DNA from: Candidatus Latescibacterota bacterium
GTDB lineage: Bacteria; Latescibacterota; UBA2968; UBA8231
NCBI GenBank assembly: GCA_963422735.1
Contig: OY730476.1
Span: 1,184,001 to 1,248,000 of the forward strand
Length of the DNA: 64,000 bases
Direction: 5' to 3'
How positions within the stretch are numbered: position 1 is the stretch's first letter; every line of letters begins with the position of its first letter. The translations under genes and the position numbers were made by a program. Below are positions 18,457 through 28,063 of this stretch, one piece after another. The notes beneath the pieces were generated by a model. The model worked only from the letters and a program-made list of their open reading frames with translations. It ran no database searches and was not told the origin of the DNA.

Positions 18457-21400
18457 TGGCGTCCGCCATCACATATATGTCGTCTTTGCAGTGAGGATCG
18501 CGATAGTCTAGGCGTTTGGCAAAACTATCTTTGTCCTGCAAGTATCGCTTTATACGGTCGTCCAATTCGCTGTCGCTGATATCCAAACGCTCTAGCACAT
18601 CATTGAATTTTTCGCCGAAAGCCTTGTCGAGCAGGTTGTGGAACAAGTCGTTCGCATCCACACTATTGCCGTGTATCACAACTTTGGTAGCGGGATATAC
18701 ATGCTCCACTAGATGGCTTTGGAGGGCCAAGTACTGCTCAAAAGCGAGGTTATTGCCATTCAAGTGCCAGTTGTCCTGAATCTTTTGCACCTCTTGGCGC
18801 AGCCTATCTCTTATAAACTGGTCTCGGGCCAAAGTCCGGCGTGCCATCTCGAGATTAAGTCCGTAATCGTCCTCGCGCTTTCGGCCCTGTGCGCGGTAGG
18901 TCCGGTAGAATCTTCGGTTGTCATAAGTCACTACCCCGAGTAAGATACCACCAATGAGCGGCTGTAGGGCATCCACTAGCATCCGCGCTTCTTGGTCGTT
19001 TTTAGGCGGTAGGATCTCCGGATATTTGATATAGTCCTTGGTCGTGTACCGCTTGTATACATTTTGCGGCATTCCACGGTTTTTTTCGTATGCTTCGTGC
19101 AGTTTATTCAAATTGTCGATAGCGAACAGGGGAAAGGCCATCCATTGGCTGACAAATATAACCGAATCGGGGGCGTGGTACTCCACTTGAGAGGCTCGCA
19201 CGTTTTGTTCGATTTGCGTTTTCCACCTGTTTTCACCTGGAGGAAGTCCTATTGTTCTCTGGATGTGAGGATCCATACCCGAGAAACGTGGTTTTGACTC
19301 GGACATCCGTGGTTCGGCCAGCCCTGATCTTTTCAGTATCTCATCTTTCTCATTATGGTTCTGGTTTTCCACCTCTTGAACGGCGTTTCTATCAGCATAG
19401 AACTCCTTAAATAGGCCAAACGAGAACTCACTCAATGAATCCTCTACCTCTCCCCAATCACGAGGGGTATTGTCCCTATTCGCAGAGCGATTGAAGATAA
19501 TGCGGGTACAATCGCGTATGGCATCGATCTCGTTCCCTTCGCGAGTAGCGTATTCAGCAAACAGCAGCCGGGCTTCTTGCGAGCGGAAATAGGTCTCCAA
19601 AACACCTTGTAAAACTTCATTGAAACCGGCACCCGTCCGTCCTTTTTTATGGCGTAGATACGTCTCTATTTCCTCGCGGTAGTTAAGTTCGGGCATGAGA
19701 TTGAGATTGCGCACACTGGACATCCGCTTGCTATAAGAACGATAGAAGCCCCCGAAGCGGTTAGCCATCTCTTGAAGATGATCTTGAAATTTCTCCACCT
19801 TGGCCAGCAAACCACTGAGTTGCACATGAAGTTCGCCATCTGCACCCCGGACTTGGGTCTGTTGGCCGACAAAGCCGATCATGTTGTCAAGCAGGCCCTT
19901 TTCCTGCTCATGTCTCCCGGAATTGGGATTGAGCAGCCGACGGGCCGCCTCCTGCTCATAGCGATCAGTGACCCATTGCTTGAGTTGGTCCCTGACGGCC
20001 TCTACCTGCTGTTCCAGATTACGGGTGAAGAGCTGGGCATTCTGATCAAAGGACTTCCGTTTGCGTTCTTCATAATAGTTGATAGCAATGCGTTTCGTTA
20101 AGACGGCAAAGGGCATCTCCTGTCTAGCCGCTCGTAGGAGAGCCTCGTATTTATTGTACTCGTCGGAAAATTCGATTGGGATCGGCGGAGCCTCTGGTGC
20201 TTCTATGGGCCGGTTCTCCATGGCCTGCAATTCCTCTTTGACCCGCTCCAGTGCATCGACGGCGATCTTCAGCCACTCAACCATGAATTTGGGGCCGAAC
20301 TCCAAGGGGTCGCACAGTAATTTCAGACATTCATCTTCTACTCGCTTTTCGAGCTCGGGACGGTCTGAGCCAATATTTTCCAAAATCTGCTTCACACCAT
20401 CGCCCTTTTGGGTGCCTTGCTGTAACAGTCTTTCCCCTACTCGTCTCCGCACTTGGCTAACCCATTCAACCATCTGCTGCCGCGTTTGCTCCACTTGGCG
20501 GTCCAAAACCTTTTGGTCCCTTACCACCGGTGCCGCGAGCAAATCGTCCCGCAATTTATTGAAAGCCGGTTCGATCAACTCGTTGACGACCTCGTCTATC
20601 AAGGTGAAATCCTTTCCCGGCTTGACCAAGCAGCGTTTCAAAAAGAGATCCTTAGTCAGGCCCATCTGCTCCATGCGGGGTTTGACATCGGCATCATCAA
20701 AGCCCTGAGGAATTCTGTTGTCCTTGGCTATGATGAGTTCTACCAGATACTGAGCGCAGCGGTTGGCAGCCGCATTGGCCATACGAGGCTGATTCAATTC
20801 AATCTGGGAAAGCCCAAAAGATGCATACCGACGTGGAAAATACTGGACATAGTTTCCGCTGCTGAAGATGGCCATATCTTGTAGGTACTGCTCCATATTG
20901 GAACGTACGCTGCGCTTTTGAGCGGCGAATCTGGTCTTGTCGAAATCCAGCAGTAGAAATTCAGCGATCATCTGGAATGTATCGGTGAATTCGTCAATGC
21001 GTTCTCCGGCCATATTCTCCTTGTCGAGCATATAGACCGTCGAAAAAGGCGGTGCTTCCACCTGCCGTGAGGTTCCATCCCAATTAAATTCGTGGGTAGA
21101 GTACTCGCTTGTCTCCTCGTCTGTGGTGGCAATAAACCGGGGCTGCATGAAGTACTCGAGTTCCTTGAGCGCGGCAAAGCCGTTGGCATGGACGGCCTCT
21201 ACTCCTGTGGGATCCACTTTATCGTCGAAAACCGTGGGCATGGCCAGAAAAGCCGTGCGCGTAGAAGTCGAGAACAAAACTCGACATAGAAATCCGACGT
21301 CGATAAAGCAACCAGACCCCGTTCCACCACCGAGGGAAGACACAGTAATAATCTCCAAGGTGCTAGTATCTACCTCATAATCAGGGTAATGGCTGTTCAT

Positions 21401-21901
21401 GTGTGCAACGGCCTCTTGGGCAGTTACCTTTCTCCCCAATCTGTTGATGGCATCGCGAATTCTTGTGTAATGGTGGAAGAAAGCCAACCGTCCGAAGGAA
21501 CGGATCTGCGCTGCCCCTTGCGTGATAGCATTGTCGGCCATCGCGTCTAGTTCGCTGGGCAACCAGTCCCATATATGCGGATAGGCATTCTTGTTGCGCC
21601 GGTATCCAGCCAACTCCTCGGGCTGGACCCGCCCATCAATCTTCTGTGAAATGGTAAGGTCAATGAGCCTGTCCAACTCGTCAGGTACCTCCTCGCTCAG
21701 GGACTCATTGCGGATGTCAGTATCGAACCACAGGTATTCCATGACGGGTAAACCCGCTACTCTGTACTTTTCGTAGAACAGCCGCCGCAGCCGCCGCAGT
21801 ACTTCCTTTCCCGTACCGCCCAAGCCGATCAAAAGCGTGGGACGGATATCTATCGTTTGGTTTTCTTTTTTTGCTTTAGTTAGAGTACCCACCTTAGCCA
21901 T
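18449..21901 (-). CDS. Large FtsZ/tubulin-like GTPase (Tubulin_2 / FtsZl1 family)
   Basis: LLIGLGGTG, GAAQIRSFGRLAF, SSLGGGTGSG signature; about 800 aa helical C-terminal region; ATG 21901 with AAGGAG RBS. Confidence 0.92.
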   Translation of the reverse strand: MAKVGTLTKAKKENQTIDIRPTLLIGLGGTGKEVLRRLRRLFYEKYRVAGLPVMEYLWFDTDIRNESLSEEVPDELDRLIDLTISQKIDGRVQPEELAGYRRNKNAYPHIWDWLPSELDAMADNAITQGAAQIRSFGRLAFFHHYTRIRDAINRLGRKVTAQEAVAHMNSHYPDYEVDTSTLEIITVSSLGGGTGSGCFIDVGFLCRVLFSTSTRTAFLAMPTVFDDKVDPTGVEAVHANGFAALKELEYFMQPRFIATTDEETSEYSTHEFNWDGTSRQVEAPPFSTVYMLDKENMAGERIDEFTDTFQMIAEFLLLDFDKTRFAAQKRSVRSNMEQYLQDMAIFSSGNYVQYFPRRYASFGLSQIELNQPRMANAAANRCAQYLVELIIAKDNRIPQGFDDADVKPRMEQMGLTKDLFLKRCLVKPGKDFTLIDEVVNELIEPAFNKLRDDLLAAPVVRDQKVLDRQVEQTRQQMVEWVSQVRRRVGERLLQQGTQKGDGVKQILENIGSDRPELEKRVEDECLKLLCDPLEFGPKFMVEWLKIAVDALERVKEELQAMENRPIEAPEAPPIPIEFSDEYNKYEALLRAARQEMPFAVLTKRIAINYYEERKRKSFDQNAQLFTRNLEQQVEAVRDQLKQWVTDRYEQEAARRLLNPNSGRHEQEKGLLDNMIGFVGQQTQVRGADGELHVQLSGLLAKVEKFQDHLQEMANRFGGFYRSYSKRMSSVRNLNLMPELNYREEIETYLRHKKGRTGAGFNEVLQGVLETYFRSQEARLLFAEYATREGNEIDAIRDCTRIIFNRSANRDNTPRDWGEVEDSLSEFSFGLFKEFYADRNAVQEVENQNHNEKDEILKRSGLAEPRMSESKPRFSGMDPHIQRTIGLPPGENRWKTQIEQNVRASQVEYHAPDSVIFVSQWMAFPLFAIDNLNKLHEAYEKNRGMPQNVYKRYTTKDYIKYPEILPPKNDQEARMLVDALQPLIGGILLGVVTYDNRRFYRTYRAQGRKREDDYGLNLEMARRTLARDQFIRDRLRQEVQKIQDNWHLNGNNLAFEQYLALQSHLVEHVYPATKVVIHGNSVDANDLFHNLLDKAFGEKFNDVLERLDISDSELDDRIKRYLQDKDSFAKRLDYRDPHCKDDIYVMADANA

Positions 21902-21953
21902 AGTATTCTCCTTCAATTTTGCTTCAACCAGTCATTAAATGCTGTCTGAAAAC

Positions 21954-21976
21954 CTTCGGCTGCGCTCAGGTCGAAG
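21954..21976. repeat. REP-like palindrome
   Basis: CTTCGGC-TGCGCTCAG-GTCGAAG hairpin in the protease/tubulin intergenic gap. Confidence 0.4.
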
Positions 21977-22043
21977 CCCCCGGCGGCTGTCGCACGAGGG
22001 GCAAAGTATCCGCAGATGAGCGCAGAGGCGGATTGCTTGGGAC

Positions 22044-23087
22044 TCACTCGGAATTTTCAGCGGCCGATGGCCGGGCGACAAGTTTTACTATCACCACAAT
22101 GAGAATTAGGATCACCATCCAAGCGATGAAGACTCGCCATTCAATTTGCGACCATGACACCCAGCCCATTGAAAAATCAAAAAGGCCGCTCAACCCACAG
22201 GAGGCGATCACCGCAAAGCCCCCCCACGATACGAGGGCGGATATGCCAAAAGCCGTGGCCGGGTGCTTGTCTCGGTTCTTAATGAGCCCGCTAAAGAGTA
22301 TATAGACCGAAAAGATATAGACGATTACAGAAAACACCAGAATCCAGACTATGCGCCCAACCTCCACATAGCGAAAGGTGCCCTTCGATCTGGTCACCGG
22401 TGGCGGGACTCCTACCCGAACAGGTTCAAATTGGTCCGAGGGGATGCCCAGCAGCGGTTTAGCTTCATCAATTGAGACCGCAAAATTGAGATTCTGCCCC
22501 TCGCCATGGCTAGAGCTTAGATTAAAACTTACCACGCCAATTACCTCCCCGGTCTGGTCGAATAAAGGCCCGCCACTATTGCCCGGCGATACGGCAGCAT
22601 CCGTCTGAATCAGCCTGAGGCCCTCCGGGGTAGTACGGACCTCGGAGATAATCCCTTCAGTGACCGAGTACTCTAGCCCTAACGGGTTGCCTATTGCCAC
22701 GACGGGATCGCCCGAACTTATATACTCCCCTGATCCAAGCCTAGACTGCTGTAGGTGTTGGTTGCGCGGATCGACGTTTATCACCGCTAGATCTTTGAGT
22801 TCGTCTTGGGCGACAACGCCCGTAATCGGCATCCAAGTTCCGTTGAACGGCTTGGCCCATCCTTCTTTGATGCCCTTGATTACATGGTGCGCCGTGAGAA
22901 TTTGGCCCGTTGACTTGACGATGATTCCGCTCCCCACTTCCTCTCCTTCATTGGTAGAGACCTTGAGGAATACTACGCTTCCCTTCTCTTCCTTGGCAAT
23001 CTGCTGAGTAAACGTGGAGCCGCTTTGTCCCGGCCCGCCACACCCCATCCAGCCGATAATCAGTATTATGATGATGTGCCGTTTCAT
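22044..23087 (-). CDS. Trypsin-like (S1C/HtrA-type, no PDZ) serine protease with lipoprotein-like signal and three C-terminal TM helices
   Basis: ILTAHHVI, DLAVI, GNPLGL, SPGNSGGP; N-term MKRHIIIILIIGWMGC. Confidence 0.88.
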   Translation of the reverse strand: MKRHIIIILIIGWMGCGGPGQSGSTFTQQIAKEEKGSVVFLKVSTNEGEEVGSGIIVKSTGQILTAHHVIKGIKEGWAKPFNGTWMPITGVVAQDELKDLAVINVDPRNQHLQQSRLGSGEYISSGDPVVAIGNPLGLEYSVTEGIISEVRTTPEGLRLIQTDAAVSPGNSGGPLFDQTGEVIGVVSFNLSSSHGEGQNLNFAVSIDEAKPLLGIPSDQFEPVRVGVPPPVTRSKGTFRYVEVGRIVWILVFSVIVYIFSVYILFSGLIKNRDKHPATAFGISALVSWGGFAVIASCGLSGLFDFSMGWVSWSQIEWRVFIAWMVILILIVVIVKLVARPSAAENSE

Positions 23088-23102
23088 CTTGCCTCCCTCG
23101 TG

Positions 23103-24704
23103 CTATTTGAGGCGTTCCAGTTCAATATTGCCCTTGTGGTTGAAAATCTCATCCTTTTCAAAAGCCACCCCCTCCTCGCTGACCGGATCGCCCATCCGAT
23201 TTATTAACTCGGCCCTTGGCAGTAAGCAGTATTTGCATTTGAACAAGCCGTCTCGCCGCAAGTATCCCAAAACGATATCCTTTCCGCTTTGGTTTGTGTA
23301 CCCCAATTCCTTTTGACCGCCGGGGCGCATCCAGTACTTGTACTCGACATCTGCCAGCCGGTAAACGAGCCTTCTAAAATAAACCCTTCCTCCGGCAGCT
23401 ACCACAGCGATGGGTAGCAAGATCACCTTGACCCAAGCCCACCACAGATAGAGAGGGGAACGGACTTGCAGCCTGCCTCTTATGGCTCCTCCCTTGGGCA
23501 CCACTTCCAAACCCTCTCGGTCTCGGTGTAGGAAGTGTATCAGATCTTCTGGCGTATAGATACGCTCGACCTCTTGGAGGTTGTCGGTGAAGTACTTCTC
23601 CTGATAAGTCGGAGTCATGCGAAACGAGCCGGGCGGTATCTCCAAGACGACCTTGGACATATATTGCACTGGAATCGGGCTTATACGCGCCATGCCAAGC
23701 TGGTCGAAGAAGCCGACTTCGTTGGGCAATAATGGTCCTAGGTGGACCCGGCACGAATAGCGGTATTTGTTTTGGCTATTGTGCTCTAGCTTCTCTTCAA
23801 GGCGGGGTGGAGTAACTCGTCCTCTCCCGCCGGCTCGACTCCAGTACCGCCGATCTCCGGGCTGCATGGGAACGATCCTAGGTTGGCTTACCTTCAACCG
23901 CACCGGATTACCATGCCCATCGGTCGGCTCGATATTCAGGTAGCTCAATTGCGACTCTAAGGTAAAGGAGAAATATACCGACTCGGATTCGTCCATGCCG
24001 ATGTCGCTCGGCTGGTCCGAATGTGCCCGGCGTTTGCGATGTAGAACAATGCGGTGATCTAGCGGTTTCATCAGCATCGGTTCCAAACCGCCAGTCTTGA
24101 GTCGGGAGATGAGTTTGCCGAATCTAGTGCGCTGATCTTCTTCTGTGAGATAGGCATATAGGACCGCCCCACGCGGACCTTGGTGGTATGTCTTGTCCGG
24201 GTGATTGAACAACCGTCCGTCAAAGGGCAGACTCAGCGGCACGGCATATAGTACTTGTACTGCATCCTCGGCAAAACGTGTATAGAGCCCTCGAACATCC
24301 TCGTCATTGGTGGTCGCCTGCACATTATCGGTTAAGAAAAAAGTAATCGGTGCCCATCCAAGCCCTTCTTTAAAAGCCCTGAGCAAATTGGTATAGCTGC
24401 CCCAGCGTGCGTCTTGGATCTCCTCGATCCAAACGAGCGAATCCGGGTGTTGGGATATAAAAAATAAAGTGCCTGCCTCCAGTTGCTGATCTTGGCAGGC
24501 TTTTTCCAACGAGGTCAGCAATTTCTGTAGCTCACCTGTTTGCTGGAAGCCCTCCATTGAACCAGAGCCATCGACCAAGATGCTGACATCGGTCCCAGCG
24601 GCGGTACGAGGGCCGCCAAACCCTAGGCAGCACAGCAGAGCAACGTACCAGATTCGTTGGTTTTCAAATGGCCAATAGGTCATAGCGATATAGATGGTAC
24701 TCAT
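23103..24704 (-). CDS. Exported vWA-domain protein with C-terminal TM anchor
   Basis: Hydrophobic signal, MIDAS VDGSGSM, YTNL, FFLTDN; TM LYLWWAWVKVILLPIAVVAAGG. Confidence 0.75.
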   Translation of the reverse strand: MSTIYIAMTYWPFENQRIWYVALLCCLGFGGPRTAAGTDVSILVDGSGSMEGFQQTGELQKLLTSLEKACQDQQLEAGTLFFISQHPDSLVWIEEIQDARWGSYTNLLRAFKEGLGWAPITFFLTDNVQATTNDEDVRGLYTRFAEDAVQVLYAVPLSLPFDGRLFNHPDKTYHQGPRGAVLYAYLTEEDQRTRFGKLISRLKTGGLEPMLMKPLDHRIVLHRKRRAHSDQPSDIGMDESESVYFSFTLESQLSYLNIEPTDGHGNPVRLKVSQPRIVPMQPGDRRYWSRAGGRGRVTPPRLEEKLEHNSQNKYRYSCRVHLGPLLPNEVGFFDQLGMARISPIPVQYMSKVVLEIPPGSFRMTPTYQEKYFTDNLQEVERIYTPEDLIHFLHRDREGLEVVPKGGAIRGRLQVRSPLYLWWAWVKVILLPIAVVAAGGRVYFRRLVYRLADVEYKYWMRPGGQKELGYTNQSGKDIVLGYLRRDGLFKCKYCLLPRAELINRMGDPVSEEGVAFEKDEIFNHKGNIELERLK

Positions 24705-25917
24705 GATCGCGAGTCAGCACGTACACGTATTTGCCGAAACCCGCTGGCGGCACAACTGGCTCTTCGCCTAAAGGCCAGCTTCGCAAGAAAGGTTCCCCTC
24801 CCCATTCATCAAGACGGGAAAGACGAAATTCCGTATTAGCTCCCACTCCTCTTTGGAAATTGGCGACCAAGCCGCCCAAGCCTTTGGTCTGATCGAGGTG
24901 CCTCATGGAATATCCGGGACTACACTCCAATTTGGACGCAACTTGCCGATCCAACGGATCGAACAACAGCATAAAATTAGACCCTATCGCCATATAGCAA
25001 TAGCCGGACTCGATCCGCAATGCCTGTAGGGCCTGTACCTCTACCTTGGTTCGGCCCGGAATTTCTTTTAGCACCTGTTGGCCGACTAACTGTAGGGCAC
25101 ACAAGCCCCCTTCTTGATTCAATAGCCATATTGACGGATCCTCGCCGCGCATCACGCCCTCCCAAGCGGCTAATGTGTCGCTGAGGGTACCCCTATACGG
25201 GATTTTCTCTCCTTGTTCTAAATCCAAGAAAGCAACCCTGTTTTCCTCCTCTATTAAGCCTAGATAGACATCGCTTCCCCGAATTGGAATCATTTCTTCG
25301 ATATGCGACGAATTTTTGTATGGCTTTTGCAATTCGTCGAAAATGCGGTCCTTGCTCTTCCAGTATCGATCGCAACTTGCTTTATCTACCTTATACATAT
25401 GAATAGTCAACGCCTCTTGGGCCAGCAGGAAAAGTCGATTCCGGCCTAAGGCAATCTTCTCGACGCGCTCACATTCCACGGCAACCTGCTTCCACGAAGT
25501 AACTTGCAGCATATCGTCGTTCAACAACGCAGAGGTCGGAAATACCTGCAGCGTCCCCACCTCCGTGAGCGCGTAAATCCACCAGCGGTCAAAATCCACC
25601 TGACGCAAGGAAGCCCCATTGAGCCGAGGCAGGTCGCGTGGCTCGTCCTCTATGTAGGTACTCATTTCTCCGCTGGATTTATTCACTAATACAGGCTGGC
25701 CGAATACGTTAAAGAAGTCGTCAACTTGGTCCATAATGACCTCCATATTCCCAACAGCACTGTCTTTACTCTCTCCAGAAGGTATGTCGGCCATGTAATC
25801 GACAGGTTTGCTCTCGACAGCATCGCCGCAAACTGCACAAAAATTAGCGAGTGCATGATGCTCGCGACCATCTTTAGAACACATCCAAGCGTTCTTCTGC
25901 CAATTCCAGTTTTGCAT
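24664..25917 (-). CDS. Zn-ribbon + probable beta-propeller protein, unknown function
   Basis: CSKDGREH..NFCAVCG; beta-rich remainder; overlaps the vWA gene start. Confidence 0.6.
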   Translation of the reverse strand: MQNWNWQKNAWMCSKDGREHHALANFCAVCGDAVESKPVDYMADIPSGESKDSAVGNMEVIMDQVDDFFNVFGQPVLVNKSSGEMSTYIEDEPRDLPRLNGASLRQVDFDRWWIYALTEVGTLQVFPTSALLNDDMLQVTSWKQVAVECERVEKIALGRNRLFLLAQEALTIHMYKVDKASCDRYWKSKDRIFDELQKPYKNSSHIEEMIPIRGSDVYLGLIEEENRVAFLDLEQGEKIPYRGTLSDTLAAWEGVMRGEDPSIWLLNQEGGLCALQLVGQQVLKEIPGRTKVEVQALQALRIESGYCYMAIGSNFMLLFDPLDRQVASKLECSPGYSMRHLDQTKGLGGLVANFQRGVGANTEFRLSRLDEWGGEPFLRSWPLGEEPVVPPAGFGKYVYVLTRDHEYHLYRYDLLAI

Positions 25918-26009
25918 TATTTTTCGTAACCTTTGATCAAGTTAAACTCTATCCCAATCTCGCGTACAACCTCAAAACTAACCGGTACGGTGTCGCTTGT
26001 GATTTTGGT

Positions 26010-26037
26010 AAAATAGACCGCTACTGAGTAATGTCAA
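26010..26037 (-). promoter_or_regulatory. Candidate sigma70 promoter of the 8-gene operon
   Basis: TTGACA-16 nt-TATTTT about 90 bp upstream of the first ATG. Confidence 0.5.
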
Positions 26038-26065
26038 ATAAATGGCAAAGATACCGACCCGGCCC

Positions 26066-28063
26066 TCATACAGTTGTCCCCAGCACCCCCCAACCCCAAT
26101 TCCTAATTCCCAATTCTCCCACATCCTCCACCCCAGCTCGCAACAACTCGGCCACGCTCCACGCTTGGGCGATGCAGCCGCGAGGAGCAAAAGGCGGCTC
26201 AGCGTCAAATATCTCCGAGACCGTGCCCAAGCCCGCCTCGCCTAAGTGCGCGGCAAAGCCGTCGAGGAGGGCGCGAGCGCGCTGGCGACCCGCACGGCCG
26301 TGGCAACGGCAGAGAGCGGTGATGTACGGGCCGATGAGCCAGCCCCACACCGTGCCCTGGTGATACGCGCTGTCGCGCTCCCACGAGCCGCCCGCATATT
26401 GGGCGCAGTACGCCGGATCGCTCGGCGAGAGGCTGCGCAGGCCGCGCGGGGTCAGCAAGTGTTCTTCAATCACCGATAAGATCCGCCGCGCCCGCTCGCC
26501 CTCGATGAGCGGGAAGGGCAGCGAGAGCGCAAAAATTTGATTGGGGCGCAGTGCCCAATCCGGCCCCTCGGGGGCGACTACGTCGCAGAGGTACCCGCGT
26601 TCTTCACACCAGAACAGGCACTCAAAGGACGCACGCACCTCAGCGGCGCGCTGGCCGTACTCGGTGCGCTGACCAAATACCTCGGCCAAGTGCTGCAAAA
26701 TTTTGAGCGCATTGTACCAAAGGGCATTGACCTCCACCGGCTTGCCCATGCGCGGTGTGACCACCCAATCGCCGATCTTGGCGTCCATCCACGTCAGTTG
26801 CACCCCCGGCTCCCCAGCCGCGAGTAGGCCGTCAGCATCAACCCGGATCTGATAGCGCGTACCGCGCATGTGCCAAGCGGCTATATCCTCTAGCGTCGGC
26901 CAGAGCTCGCTGGCAAACTCGTAATCTTGGGTGTATTGCAAATACTTGTAGAGTGCGACAAAAAACCACAAAGTCGCGTCAACGGAGTGGTATTCGAGAA
27001 CCGCTCCCGCGTCGGGAAAGCGGTTGGGTATCATGCCCTCGCTGACGTGCTCGGCAAACGCCGCGAAGATGCCCCGCGCCTCGGCAAAGCGCCCGGTGAC
27101 CAAGCAGAGGCCGGGCAGGGCGATCATGGTGTCGCGGCCCCAATCCGTGAACCAGTGATAGCCCGCGACAATGGTGTGCAGGCCGTCGCCGCGCCGCACC
27201 ACAAACTGGTTGGCCGCTCGCGCCAGCGACCGCAGCAACGGGTCGGCCGCCCAAGGGGCGCGCACCTCCACCTGCTGACGGCGGCCGATCTCGCCGGCGA
27301 GGAGTGCGAGGGGGTCGCGGCAAGCGGGAAGCTCGGTGGCCGCAAGTACGCCAACGGTAGCCCCGGGAGCGAGCTCAAGGCGCAGACGACCGGGTGTGAA
27401 CAGGTCCTCGCTGTGGTCGAGACCTCGCTCTTCCTCGCGCGGATATTGGAAGTTGTAGTACCAATCAGGGGCCGCCTCCCAGTACGCGCCCGGGGCGAGG
27501 AGATGAGCAGTGGACTGTTCCCAATAGGGGCGATAGACCAGCGCGTCCTCAGCCCAATGGGCCATTGGCGCGACGTGATCGTTGGCCTGCATCAAGTGGT
27601 GATAGTCCCGGCTCGCGAAAAAAGGGCGCAATTCCAAACAAAGCGGGCCACGCGCCCTCACCAGCTCGTACGCGACGACCAAGGTGTGCTCGCCCGCGAG
27701 CAAGGCCAGCCGCTTGCGCAACTCCCACCCATCCCCCGCGTACGTCCACGTCGGCACCGGCTCGGGCGCGAAGGCCGTCAACCATTGGTCGCCCCGCGGG
27801 TGAATGACCCCGGGGAACATGCTGCAACCTAGCTCGACGCGGGCTGTGGGCAGGACCAAGGTCTCGTCGAGCCGCGAGAGCAACACTACCCGGCCGACCG
27901 GCGGACAGGTCGCTACGACTAGCAGGCCGTGGTAGCGCCGGGTGTGCGCCCCGCTGACGGTGGAGGAGGCCCAGCCGCCCAAGCTATTGGTCTCCAGCCA
28001 CTCGTGGGCAAAGGTATTGGCCAGTGGGTAGGGCCTATGGACATTTAGGCTATTGCCAAGCAT
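26066..28063 (-). CDS. Glycogen debranching enzyme (amylo-alpha-1,6-glucosidase, GDE_N + GDE_C); 5' end abuts an IS remnant
   Basis: EWLETNSLGGWASST..TRRYHGLL, AGYHWFTDWGRDT, TWMDAK, YHQGTVWGW, QAWSVAE. Confidence 0.92.
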   Translation of the reverse strand: MLGNSLNVHRPYPLANTFAHEWLETNSLGGWASSTVSGAHTRRYHGLLVVATCPPVGRVVLLSRLDETLVLPTARVELGCSMFPGVIHPRGDQWLTAFAPEPVPTWTYAGDGWELRKRLALLAGEHTLVVAYELVRARGPLCLELRPFFASRDYHHLMQANDHVAPMAHWAEDALVYRPYWEQSTAHLLAPGAYWEAAPDWYYNFQYPREEERGLDHSEDLFTPGRLRLELAPGATVGVLAATELPACRDPLALLAGEIGRRQQVEVRAPWAADPLLRSLARAANQFVVRRGDGLHTIVAGYHWFTDWGRDTMIALPGLCLVTGRFAEARGIFAAFAEHVSEGMIPNRFPDAGAVLEYHSVDATLWFFVALYKYLQYTQDYEFASELWPTLEDIAAWHMRGTRYQIRVDADGLLAAGEPGVQLTWMDAKIGDWVVTPRMGKPVEVNALWYNALKILQHLAEVFGQRTEYGQRAAEVRASFECLFWCEERGYLCDVVAPEGPDWALRPNQIFALSLPFPLIEGERARRILSVIEEHLLTPRGLRSLSPSDPAYCAQYAGGSWERDSAYHQGTVWGWLIGPYITALCRCHGRAGRQRARALLDGFAAHLGEAGLGTVSEIFDAEPPFAPRGCIAQAWSVAELLRAGVEDVGELGIRNWGWGVLGTTV

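Noticed and set aside
18449-21901. Cell-division ftsZ
   Set aside because: About three times too long, Tubulin_2-type motifs, no dcw cluster
11581-21954. Composite transposon ends (TTTTAAGACAGCC at 11583 and GCTGTCTGAAAA at 21941)
   Set aside because: The repeats face outward, the second lies inside the operon, and there is no transposase
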